Below are positions 51,824 through 64,000 of a DNA stretch of 64,000 nucleotides, piece after piece. Every line of letters starts with the position of its first letter. Within the stretch, counting starts at the first letter, position 1. Both the position numbers and the translations under genes were made by a program. The stretch is from the NCBI RefSeq assembly GCF_022045235.1, contig NW_027266270.1:34906001-34970000 (forward strand), given 5' to 3'. This DNA comes from Haliotis cracherodii (Eukaryota). The notes under the pieces were generated by a model that made no database searches, was not told the origin of the DNA, and saw only the letters and a list, made by a program, of their open reading frames with translations.

Positions 51824-53030
51824 TGATATTTGATGAGTGTGTGGAAGCAGTATCGTCCATTTGTCAGTTTGATGCCTGTAGATTATGCTGTCTGGTCGTG
51901 TATTTTGTTCAGCTTGTAATCAGGGAAAGTATATCACTAAATACATGCAAACTGCACCCATCGTAATAGCCCCTGAAGTGCGTAGATATCGTGCCATGGT
52001 TGTTAGACAGTAATATAAGCATACGCCCCTTTTCAATGGTACAGAATCTTCAGCGAGATGACTGTATGAGACCATAGAGATATCACTCCATTAGTGAAAT
52101 CACAAATAGTTAAAATGTCACTGCTGTACAAGTACAAGCTACATTATGACAATCGACGTTGCTATCGATGTCCTTGTCGACTATAATAACCATATCTAGG
52201 TTATCAGTGAGCACAGCTTTGGGGGTGGTTTCCCTCACATGGACAGAAGACAATAAATAAATGTTCAGTGTGCTTATCTGGAAAAACATACAGTAGCTGG
52301 AACCACATGTCACAGTGAGATTAAAGGTGTCCGAAATCATATCCCAAAACGCTGTTGTACATACCGTGTCTATGCTGTGACCGTATAAAAGAAAATCAAA
52401 CAGATTTTATTCATGGGGGATAGTTTTGCTAATATATAATTTAATTCATGTAACAAAGCAAAACAAAATAAACTACACGTGAACATTAAGTATATCGATA
52501 CAATCTCTTCAGTGATTCAGACTTAGAAAGATAGTATGTCTTTCGCGCTGCATGACCTGTTTTTTTCATATCGTATGTTTGACTTTGTCTTTTGATATAA
52601 AAATCAGTACATGTCGGCAAACTTCGTAAGTCATTTATTGTTAAAACAGTTGAAGTAGCAACTTCACCGCCAGTTCAAACTCAAAATAGCAACATTACAA
52701 ATATTTATATTAAACATTGCATCACAAACAAAACGAGGGTTAAATGCGCAGTTTTATTATCACAGCGACCTTCAACTATAATGATAACATGCTTATACGC
52801 CCCTCTGAACGATAAGTTACTGATCATATCAGCGCACGATGAATTGCGCAGTGTGATCGTTGCATCAATATACTCCCTGCAAGACGACGCCATATGCAAA
52901 CGAGGTGAGAGTCAGTAACTTTTTCTGTTTTCACGGTTATTGTATTTACATACAATCTTAATGAATGACATATACTACAACGCACACGTTTGTGATCATC
53001 TTCTGGAGTAAGATTACGGAATAATTCGCT

Positions 53031-53487
53031 AACATGAATACACAATGTCATTTTGAAAGTGGTCAAATGTAACAAATGTTATATTTGGGATAACACCTTC
53101 TTCGTAAAGTACAGATTCTCGTACTTGTTTGGGTTCAGTCCCGTCCGGGATTCGAACCCTCACTGCCAGATTGAGGCACCTAATCGCCAGCACACAAAGT
53201 CAGCGATCTAACCCACTCAGCCACTGAGGCTTCCACAAAAATGAAAGTCCGACAACTGGTAGTCTAGATCACGTACCCCTCTGACAAGTGTAAATTGGCA
53301 CAGCTCCAATGGCCGAAAGCTATGAACACACAATGCCATTTAGAAAGTGGTCAAATGTAACAAATGTTATATTTGGGATAACACCTTCCAAGTAAAGATT
53401 TCGAATCCCGGACGGGACTCAACCCCCAAAAAGTACGAGAATCTGTACTTTACGAAAAAGGTGTAATCCCAAATATAACATTTGTTA
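53031..53487. repeat. Fold-back structure built from a tRNA-headed SINE
   Basis: About 53070-53156 is the reverse complement of about 53400-53487. About 53031-53100 is directly repeated at about 53324-53389. A minus-strand tRNA-like head (GTGGCTGAGTGGGTTAG...GGTTCGAATCCC) lies at about 53140-53230. Confidence 0.75.
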
Positions 53488-55136
53488 AATTCGCTAATAA
53501 TCTGCGAAAACTAGTTTATTGCTTTATGACCACAATAAGAAGTTTAATAAAAGTAGGATACTTTAATCAGGATATCGATTAAATCTAATATTTGATGCTC
53601 AATGTGAAAGTATTGCAGGTAATTTTGGATAAATCAACTTAAGTTTGTAAATTATTCCTGCCATAATATTATTGTCCGTAAATAATATTTTTGACATGAA
53701 TATTTGACTTGATCAATTTACATTGTGACTTTTGTACAAATCTTTATGTGTATATACTTGCATGCAGTAGTTTGATAAATACCAATGTGTCAGGCGTGTT
53801 ATCACAGTTGCTATGTGTACTTGGGTTAACCACACCATGCAGAGCCATCCTAATCAGTGATACCTAACAGTTAAGGTTGATATATGAACAATATGAAGTG
53901 CATTACACTCACCAAGCTGATAATTATGTTCACATTTACACAGTACAGGTATAGATCTATATATCTATGGAACTACGGATCTTTCTGTGTGTATCATATG
54001 CTAAATGTCATTACGATATATAAATCAAACAGAAATAAGAAAGCTAAATGTATTCTATAAGTTTGTTATTATTGTGTCATGTACACCAGTTGTCCAAATG
54101 GTTTCTTGCTCCGTGACATACATCTTTCGCTATGATGATTGGTGAATAAGCTACCTGTATCATGATATGTCTTGCGTTTGCAAATAAATAATTCAAGAAC
54201 CTCCTCAAACTAGCTACGTTCCGCTATTTATGCAATATTCCAGCATAATCACAACGGTGAAATGGGCGGAATCAAACCCATGCCTTTGGCGTGACAAACA
54301 ACATTATCTTGGGTGAAATTCCAGCAGATAACCTGGATGATATCACTCAAATCACTCAAACTGGGTCACATATTTTAACGTCCCAGATTGAACAAGTCCA
54401 TGGCGATGCGAACATGACTGAAAAACACACTGTTCAAATTGAGGTTAAGCCCTACATCTATATTACACCATCTTTGTGCATGTTGTCAATCAACAAACGT
54501 GACTGAACACCAGACAGTATTCGTGTAGCCAGTAGTTCGTTCTAAATCATGGGGACACATACGAGCGTACAGGAACTCTGTTCGTTACCGTCGGCATCGT
54601 CATGGTAAAGTTAGGGCTTCAAATCTCTATTAAATTAAATAAGTGACATGTGAATAATCGAGACTTGATAAGACAAACCAGTGATTTATAATACGAGCAG
54701 CGTCCTACACCGTCGATCTGCGATAACACGCAATCATCACCGAGCCTGGCCACCCAACTATTTAGTCATCAATGGAGGGCTAGGAATCACCGTGTGCGAC
54801 ATACGCTTGCAGTCGGAAAGCGCACGTTAAATCTCCAATATAAGTAAGTAAGTAAGCTAGGAATAAATCCTAACAAGGGTTCGCACCATCCACGATAATC
54901 CAGGGTAGTATTTGTTCTGCTACTTTGGCTATTACGCGCAATGGACTGTTTCGTATATATTCAAACACGTTTTTATTTAGATAATTGTCATCAATGTTTA
55001 TATGTTTGAGTCTGATCACAGTGGTGAACTGTGGGTCCACCGTGAAAAAAGGACCCTGATAGAGATGGTTCGAAACTAGTGATTACTTTGAATGGCATTG
55101 AGTAATATATTGTTGTTTTGATAGAAATATACTTGC

Positions 55137-56284
55137 CCTTGCTATGATTGAAGTAGTCCTCCGCTGCACTAGTACTGTAGTAGCCGAAGAACGTATCAAA
55201 CCCTCTGTAAGTAGGTGTACACTTCCATTTGCAGAAACCCAGGTGCCATCTTGAAAAACTCATGAAACTGATGGGCGGGTGTTGGGTTGTGTAGAATAGT
55301 TAAATATGAAAATTCTTTGCTGATAGTTGGGACCCGCTCATTTATCAAATTATTACAATTCTTTGTGAACATAGTAGGTAATCATATACATGTATCTACC
55401 TTGCTTGTAAGGTATCCGAGATTCATTTCGTCCATGTACAGGAATGCATAGTGTTTAGGCCATATTGATTGGTATCAAACCTACATCCATACGATCAGAA
55501 AGCCAATTTCGCACTCTACAAAAGCTGTTGTATTATAATACTTTTTCTGGACATACCTGTCGACCATATGCATGGGTAGCGTATCCGAGTTTCTTCAACT
55601 CTTGTTGCAGTAAGGTGTAGTTGAGAGGCACACATGCGGCCTGAACATCGTTCAGAACTCCGTGTTTCAATGTGAAATTTAAATGTAACCCCCATTACAC
55701 CATAACAGACAAGACGACATTTCACGTTATACAAATTACACGCTTGGCTTAGCGGGGTTGTCCCATACGGGGCCATATTTGATCCCAGTTAAAAACTGAT
55801 TCACAAAATTCTGTTCTGGCACCATTAATGTTAAATGTGTTATGTTCATCTTAATGTTTCATGAGGAAAAAAATCTTTTATTTTTCTTACCTGCATGCCC
55901 ATCTTGAATGGAAACATTCCACTCACGAAGGCAGTACGATACCTCTAAATAATTATTTGAGGACGAGGCTGTATCTAACAGTGCACATACTGACAACCGT
56001 CGATCGTGGATATGCTCTTATCAGTTTCATCTCGAAAAATCCTTCTTTTATGACAGTTATAATTTTCAAGATTCAGAATCCATGACAGATCATTCTACAA
56101 ATACATTTGGACAATTTACAACTTATATTCATGCATTAAATGCATAAAAGTTAAAGTGATATATAAAAGCAAATGAGATTTACGGGCTACAATAAGGCGT
56201 TCTCAAAGATGATCCCCTCTGTAGCCAGTTTGTCAATGTTAGGAGTCTTTATGTTTGGGTTTCGGAAACCAAAATCGTTCCATC
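55137..56284 (-). pseudogene. Arylsulfatase B-like pseudogene fragments (exons 56284-56184 and 55249-55137)
   Basis: GWNDFGFRNPNIKTPNIDKLATEGIIFENA is followed by a frameshift that puts the catalytic C-S-P codons (TGT AGC CC|gtaaat) out of frame. The second exon reads WHLGFCKWKCTPTYRGFDTFFGYY...AEDYFNH and ends at a GC donor. The other exons were not found. Confidence 0.8.
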
Positions 56285-59198
56285 CTTAGTTAGAATTAGA
56301 ATCTACAGGACCCGGAAACGTTATTACATACATTTGTGCAAGTAAGGATGATTTAATTCAGGACTGATGAGGAATCAATCGGTCCTTTAGAAGTTCCAAA
56401 TCTAAAATTTGTGGAAACTTAAGAAAGAAACTTGTCTCTCATTAAAACATTATATTCATACTAGTGATATTATGTCTGCAGGCCGTCCACAAATATGAGT
56501 AAGATTCGAAGTAGTAGTCAGTTTTAAAGTTTTTAAGAGAGCATTGTGAAACAGCTTTATGACATGTTGTAGTTCTGCATGTGGAAATCTAAACTAACTT
56601 TCTTGTGTGATGTGTGTTATGTGTGTTTTGTACATATTTGGTATAGCATGTATCGCTATTGACGCACTTTCTTCTTTACGCGAAAGTATTCATGAATTTT
56701 GAAAGCTTTTGTTATTGGTCAGGAATTTATCAATTGACTATTAAGGTACGCTTCCATTAAGACCACATTCTAAGTATCAAATACTGGTCTCCGCGAGAGA
56801 GATACCACAGTAGAATAATATGCTATACTCAAACAAAAGACACACATGTGTGCTATTGAGATACATACATGACGAATATAAGCACAAACAATATGTGAAG
56901 AATCAATTGTATGTCATTGTAGCGCCACATAACCACGGGATCAATGTACGCGCATCATGAAAAGGCCAATAAATGAATTCTTAGTTGCCAAACACGTTGT
57001 CTGTTACAACAGTTTAACTGTTACTTGATGCCACGACTAAACGATACACGAAACATCTTGAATAGCAAAAGTTTAGCACATGCCTGTTGTGTATATAAAG
57101 AACAATAACTTGACGGACGAGGTCCGTTTCTATCTCCCAAGCAACAAGAGGAAAATAGAAGAAAATCTACAATTATGATTACTAAAAAAGTATGGGCTCC
57201 TGAAAAATCAGATTTAATATAAAAGCATTTTATTTGTGTATACAATTTAAACAATGTCTGTTTAACACTATGGTTTCTTTGTGATTGACAAATGTTTTGT
57301 GCGTACGTATCAAAAGTAAATATCAGCCACTAACTTGGCTGGCATCAGAGACCATAAACCGATACTCTGGCTGGCATGGTTAAGTTGACCCTTTTGATAT
57401 TAGCGTGTGTCATAGTTACAACGTTAAGAAACCTTTCAAGGTGCTTGGTTGTCCACCAAGTTGCTATATATTATGCTCCTTCTGACAGTGACATATTTAC
57501 AATTATCAGCAGGCGATATTGAGGTCCATACTCGACGGACATGCAGGTAACCATACAGATAGTTGAGTGTATTTTAGCTCTTAAAGACTGGTCTTTGCTG
57601 GAATACAAAAGCAGAACGGTAACGTATATACAACACAATTGGAGTTCATCAATGAATCCATGTCAACATTTTTATCTGGGGCACAAACGCGTGGCAGTTA
57701 CATGTATAGTATTACCCACATTTTTCGTAAATGCACTATGCATGTATTTGAACATAATTAAATCCATTGAATGTATTTTCCATTCCAAATATAGTTTATG
57801 GCGAAATAAAATCATGTATTAACAGAAACTTGAAATATCTTTAAAATATAATAAATGCAAAGAGGTTGAATGACAATGTAAGTCAATCCCATTTTAGGTA
57901 CCATTCTCGGTGAAATTGTTTGGACCAACAGAAGTGTATCACTTGTGTCCAGAAAACACTTTAATCAGTACAGAGTACTATTATATAGTTTGTATGTACA
58001 CATACGCAATCGCCCAGGAGGAGTGTTTGTCCAGATTTAATGGATGTACAGGTTTAACAGTTCAAAATTTTAGATCTTATTGGAAAGTTCTCTATGAACA
58101 ATGTGATGGGCTATTTCACAGTGTGTAAATCTACAGGTAATTTTGCATTGTAAACACGATATGTGTTTCTCCTAATTCAGAATACTGAATGGTCCATACT
58201 ATTGATGTTCACACTTTCGCCATCTTGGATCGAAAACGCGTATCAACTAATTGGGAACAGAGGCCGTCTTGTAATGTGGAACGTTATAAGCCCGCGTTTT
58301 ATTGTTGATATATCGAATACAGAAAATATTGTATATCTAGTGCTCAACTCGTTTTTAATATACTGGAATTTGCATTTTGCTGTCAGAAATACGGAAGTGA
58401 TCATGAACTATGTATATCAGAAATGTATTCGTTTACAAATTGAAACATCCTTTACCACCTATGTAATGACAAAACATTGTGACAGTATATTAAGTTACAG
58501 AATGTATGGTATTCTGTAGATTACAATGAAACTATGTTCAATTAAACTTTTTTAACACAATACAATAGAAAAGCTAAACATATGTAAATGCCAATCAGCT
58601 AATCAAATCCATGTTCAATTACTGAGATATATATCAGATGATGGTCCAGATGGTCAGTTGGTCCAGGTCCTGCGCAAATCTGAGTTTCCATCTCTGGGTC
58701 TACTGTTCTTTTAACCAAGCTCGTCAAGCAACCCTCATCCCTCAGCCTGCAGTGTGCATCATTATGTCCATCAGACTTCTAAACTGGTTTAAGATGGGGT
58801 TTATGCTCACCTTTGGGTCGACATTCAGAACTTGCAAGTATAAGCCTATCTTGAGATAGTGTTTTGTTTGTTACTAGATATGTAACGAGCAAAGTCTCGT
58901 GCTATTTACGAGTACGTGGGGTACACTGCATGCGATTGTGGTAAAACAAAAAAAGGATGGAGCGACCTACCGTGTCTTGTTTTACCAAAGTAACTATTTC
59001 ACAGAAGGATATGACTCAGAGATTCGTGAAGTATGCGTGTTTCCTCATTGAAACAGAAATAAATATTCAATTTAAGCTTCCTTACTACAATGTTTATAGT
59101 TTGACGTGGAGATCTACATGTGTATATGAAAATATATTTTCCATTACAGATGAAGCTTTTAGGATGAACGAGCAATTCAGGATGAATACATATCTGCC

Positions 59199-60767
59199 AT
59201 GGTTGACTCTGGTGTGAATGGGACAACATCGGCCAAAGATTTGACCGGTAAACTGCATGTAAAAATGTATTGTTTACAGAAATGTACACACTAAGCACTA
59301 CATATTAGAACTGCAGATATTCAAAGGTTACCACATAAAAGAAACTGTGACTCGTAAGTCAGTAATCTTCAAATGTAAATAGTTCATTTAAAGTTATTTT
59401 CTGGTACTGTTAACAAACATTAGGTACATGTAAGCTAAATTGTGTGAAACTTACTTGAAACTTTTGACGTATTTTATGGATGCTCTTTTCTGTGTCAATA
59501 ACAAAACTGAGTTCTATCAATGGATTCATTAACATCTTCATGTATTTACTTAGAATAAAATGAATCCCCTATATCACAAGAACACCTGTAAGCACATTAA
59601 CATTCCCTTTCAGGTTCATGTGAGAAGTGTCAGAGTGTTGAACGGAGGTATGGGGACATATCCTGTGCTCTGAATTTGTTTGTCATTCACACGGAACGAC
59701 CTCATATTTGTGCTGGGAAGAGATCTGGACATTTGAGAGAAAAGAAGAAGGTTATTGACAGAATTGGTAAAGTGGTGTCGGCTTTAAGGAACAGTGGAGG
59801 TGGGCATCTGTTGGTCCATATTAACGGCCAGGAATCGGAAGATAGGTGCCTTGAACAGTTTGATGAGGCAATTACAAGGAGTTTGTCGGATCTAATTGAA
59901 GATGGACAGTTGTATGTAAACATATACAGGCGACAATGGTTGTCGGAGTTGCCTTTGTCTGATTTTCAAAATGACACTGACTTTATTTGGCTTAATGTGG
60001 AAAGTGCTCATGGTGTAGCGACTGTAGATTTCAATACGAAAATAAGAGACGATATTGCCAATGAAAATCCCTCATACGTCACAGTGGCATGTTTACTATC
60101 CACAACCAAGGCAAGGAGATCACAAAGTGCAAAATGTCGAGAAACTGATACTGTAGGCAGCAGTACAACTGAACATTTCGCATCTTTGTTCAATAACCCA
60201 CAGCAATATCACGAAAATAGGAACATAGAATACAAGGCGTTAAAATCTCAGATTTTGAAAAAGATCGGGAAAAGTGACTCTAGTTTCGCAGATTACATCT
60301 GGACGGACCTGAAACTAAAGTATAATGTGACATCCATGTCAAAGGTGGATAACGGGGGTTCATTTTATGTTGGAATTGCCGAGGAGCAAAAGAAATACAT
60401 AGCAGAGTATGGAACCAAAGTGCCGATCATTGAAGGATTTCAACTGACAGTTGACCCGCAAGCCGTAACTAAACTTATACTTCAAAAACTCAAAGATACC
60501 GTTACTGTCTTAAAAGATGAGACTTTCCATGATGCTCCAGATGGCCTTATCGAGATAATCTTCCACAAGATACCCAGTGGTTACGTGTTAGAAGTTGCTG
60601 TGCGTTATTGTGAAGGAATTGTTTTTAATGACAAAGAAGGACCGAGGGCATACGAAGTGAAAGGCAATGAAATTCGTCGTATTGATAAAGAAGAGTGGTT
60701 GCGACGTTTCAGTTTATCTATGAATAACAAAACACTGTGTTTTAAGTGTAAGCAAAGAGAGTACTGA
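59199..60767 (+). CDS. Schlafen-like (AlbA_2 core) putative RNase, ORF1 copy 2; exons 59199-59247 + 59614-60767, about 400 aa
   Basis: GCCATGG start and a phase-1 intron ACCG|GTAAAC...ccctttcag|GT. Same motifs as copy 1, including HENRNIEYK. The frame is intact. Confidence 0.85.
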
Positions 60768-60778
60768 TTTCTTTCAAA

Positions 60779-60893
60779 ATGGCAGACAGTGACTCCAGTG
60801 TGTCCAGCTCGTACAGCTCTGATGGGCCGTACCTCATGTCGTATGGGAAGACATATGACTCTGATGAACCTGACGGGAATGCAGTCATTTCAG
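60779..60893 (+). CDS. ORF2 copy 2, first coding segment (the rest lies beyond the window)
   Basis: TTCAAAATGG start 11 nt after the ORF1 stop; MADSDSSVSSSYSSDGPYLMSYGKTYDSDEPDGNAVIS, then G|GTAAAA. It is 115 nt long, the same as copy 1. Confidence 0.7.
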
Positions 60894-62859
60894 GTAAAAG
60901 AAAGCAATAAGCAGCCCAATGAGCAATTGGGATGTGTAGGGTTTGACCGCACTGACCACCGCCACACAATGAAAACAGCTTGTACCTCTAAGATATATAG
61001 CAGCAAACATTTCCCTTTCATAGTCCAAAAGATTTTATTCGCGACATTGATCAGTCCTGTCAAAGTCAAGGCCGTTGGCAAGATTGCTTATTTGTCTTAC
61101 TGCGCTTGTTTGTGTCTGGAATATGATGTCCTTTAGTACAGATCCTTTATAGCCTGGATAACATGTTTTAGACATGGATCCGTGAATTCAATTTCTGAAA
61201 CGGCCATGATTGCTCTACGTATAAAGCGAAGGTTGTCAGTAAAGTTTGTTTGGCCTTTTCACAAAGATGGCTTCCTTCATCTTTTCTGTACGGTATGTAT
61301 GTTAAGTGACTAAAAACTTATGACCAACTTTCAGTGTGGAGTATATGCGATATTTCTGTTATATTTAACTTCACCGATGGACATGCAACTGGAGGTCAAA
61401 TTCATTCTCAAGGTCACACATTAAAAGATTATTATGTTTATGATAATGCAAGAAGTATTTACTGCAGTCATATTACTTAGTAGGTATCCCGTTCATGCAG
61501 GGCAGATTGTAAAAGGAATCAATTCGCAGTAGTCTTGATTTTTTAGGTATGGCCAGTCTTCAAGAAACTGTAACCTCTCGACACTTTCGAAATAGTTTTG
61601 TCTCTCCCGAAATTGAATTATGACTATAAACAAGGACCTCACAGGGGAGCTCTCTGTCAAGCGCTTGGACGGAGCATGCAACCGCACCAAATTAGGGAGG
61701 CCACGCAAGACATACGAACTGCCGTGGGCCACTTCTAAAGTTCTATCTTACGAGCGCCTTTTATTTGCTGCCACTAACAATCATCAGAAATAAACTTTGC
61801 CAAACAACACTGTATTAAGCGAAACACCGGCAATGTGTGTACAGATGACTGCCATTTCCGGATTACTTTACCAGAAAATAAACTCGGCAATCGTAATCCC
61901 TGCATATAAAGCAATTCCTAGCAGAACAAGAAATACAGTGTATATATTTGCTACCACCTGTTTGTTTACCTGAATTCGCTGAAGTTTTTCACTGCGCAGA
62001 GTGCTCGAAAATCTAATGCATCTACTCTGGTAGAATTATTTGGGTAAGGTGGGGAGGTGTGCGTGTGTGTGAGCTTGTGTGTGTGTGTGCGTGTGTGTTT
62101 GTTAACTCTGGTCATATGACAAGGGATTTATATACCCGGAAATTCCATTATATCGACAATATTTGAGAAATTGCACATGTCCGGATGAGCGAGGTTCGAC
62201 TGTACTAAATTGCTATTTAAAGAACGCCTCTTCTTCCATGCTGGAAGCCTTTATTATGTTGAGGATGAAGTGCCTGTATTGTTGATATGTGGTAGTTATT
62301 CCCAACCGAGAAGCGAAATACTTTGCCAATTATTTCATAAATACACCAAGAACTGAAACCTTTGTAAGACCGACAATATCCATGTTTTTATTCCCAAAAG
62401 TTTGGGATTTTTGAAAAAAAAACATTTTCGAATTTCGCTTTCAATGGCTTTGACTTAGACTGAAAATCGCGGTAGTCTTCGTTTCCGGTCAGATCTTGAA
62501 AACCATGTAATATTTCTTCAAACGTGGCATATAAATAGGTCTAGGGGTAAACTGGTGCCTTTTGAAAGTTTGGGAGTTTTTGCGAATGTTTCCTTAGCAA
62601 GAGCATAACTCGGAAACCATTTACACATTCTACAAAAAAACCATCTGAGAACCGTTATCATAGTTATCAATTGAGATGTATACCACTTGACAAAGGATAT
62701 TGGACAACGTACATGGTAAATAATTGTGAAAACACAATTTAAAGGGGTCACCTCAACAAGCCTACTTCATCGCAGTGCCTGTCGGTAACATGAACTGGGG
62801 CACCCGAACCAACCTACTTCCTCGCAATGCATGATGGTAACATGAACAGTGGCAACCGA

Positions 62860-63250
62860 ACCAAGTTCTGCATTGCTTGTGTGTATGTTCCTCCAAAAGT
62901 GTCATGGACACGGTTGTCGCATTCACTTACTGATTTCATGCAGAAACTTCATGATCTCTCCGAGCAGCATGAATGTGAACATGTCCTAGTTACTGGGAAT
63001 TTAAACTGTGATCTGAGTGAAAAAAAAGGAAACTTGAAGATTTCTTAGATGTGCAGAATATGACACAACTCATTCACTCTCCAACTCACTGTCTTGGACT
63101 TGTTGTTTACTGATCATGCCAGTGCTGTAGCATTCCAGACTCTCAATGTTCTCTCAGTAAAGTAAAAACTCCCATACATCTCTGATTATTGTTTAAGTAA
63201 TAACAAATACAGTTTCGTATTCTATCATAAACTGCAGATGACAAAACAAC
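62860..63250 (+). mobile_element. LINE AP-endonuclease fragment in intron (deleted version at about 27946-28260)
   Basis: IACVYVPPK...VLVTGNLNCDL...LDLLFTD resembles the EEP motifs YRPP, GDFN and LDL. Confidence 0.6.
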
Positions 63251-64000
63251 ACCAGTAATAACGTTTTTAGCGCTTGCAATTAGGCCATTTACAAAAAGAT
63301 CCAGTGAGCACAGTTCACAGGAGCTAATCCATTGCACACAACAGGACATGTCATATTGGCGGGGGATCTGAGTATTTCATGCTTATCAAATATTTGATGA
63401 AATTTCTTTGTCAAGTACTAGAAATTTCAAACAAAACATCTACCCGTGTAACATACAGGATGCAGTGCTCCAGCTGTTTATTCAGCATGTACATTTCAAT
63501 ATTTATTTCATCTTGTTTGTGTTATAGTATCAGTCTGGTATTGCCACTGCTATCACCTTTCTGCTTACCTCTTGCCTCCAATCAAATATTTGATTTGATT
63601 TATGATTTATTTGATTTATTAGTTGCAGTAAAATACATAATTAATTTATTTGTAAAAAAATGTGACCTAAGAATCTATAGTTATCAGGTAATTATATACA
63701 TATATGTTTCTCTCATCCTCAATTATAAATAACTCGTAAGCCATAGGTTTTTTGGTTTTCATTTTAGTGCATGCATTCCCATCAAGCGTATTATCACAGT
63801 CTGAACAACATGATATGCTACGTACATTGCACGAAGAATCAGACAAGCCGTGTGAGTAATTCCTTTACTATTCAACAGCCTTCATATAGATTAAATCTGA
63901 TAACAATAATTTTACTAGTCATATTTATAATGAAATTCGCTTGTAATATTTGGGCATCATCACAAAAACAAGATTCAAACACACGTGAATATTTAAAGTT

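Larger units (their letters stand above)
59128..64000 (+). repeat. Segmental duplicate of about 23985-28906 (split Schlafen locus), continuing past the window end
   Basis: Exons and intron sequence are colinear. The last 60 nt of the window match about 28850-28906. Confidence 0.9.

Noticed and set aside
55399-55480. Possible third arylsulfatase exon (..SIWP...LGYLTSK)
   Set aside because: The position fits but the similarity is too weak to call by eye.

Overview
AT-rich, intron-containing animal DNA, dense in tRNA-derived SINEs, Penelope-like, DIRS and Tc1 remnants. The repeat content looks like a mollusc (gastropod); this is an inference. The supplied ORF track uses bacterial start codons, so I rebuilt the genes by hand from GT-AG sites and exon phases. 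Genes: (1) a two-exon type II membrane SAM-dependent methyltransferase (177-443 + 3071-3667); (2) a split Schlafen locus; (3) a frameshifted arylsulfatase-B-like relic on the minus strand (55137-56284); (4) a second copy of the split Schlafen locus from about 59.1 kb, running off the window end. In the split locus, ORF1 (24075-25918, about 402 aa) is a stand-alone Schlafen/AlbA_2 RNase core with an intact ExxxxExK motif. Eleven nt after its stop, apparently in the same exon, ORF2 starts at 25930. It splices through a Schlafen SWADL-like linker exon and a chain of short exons into an exon carrying a 201-bp ankyrin array (about 1,100 aa in total). The second copy keeps the identical stop-11 nt-ATG junction. 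The best candidate for a new system is this apparently bicistronic nuclease plus linker-ankyrin module. All splice models and domain assignments are by eye and need RNA-seq and HMM confirmation.
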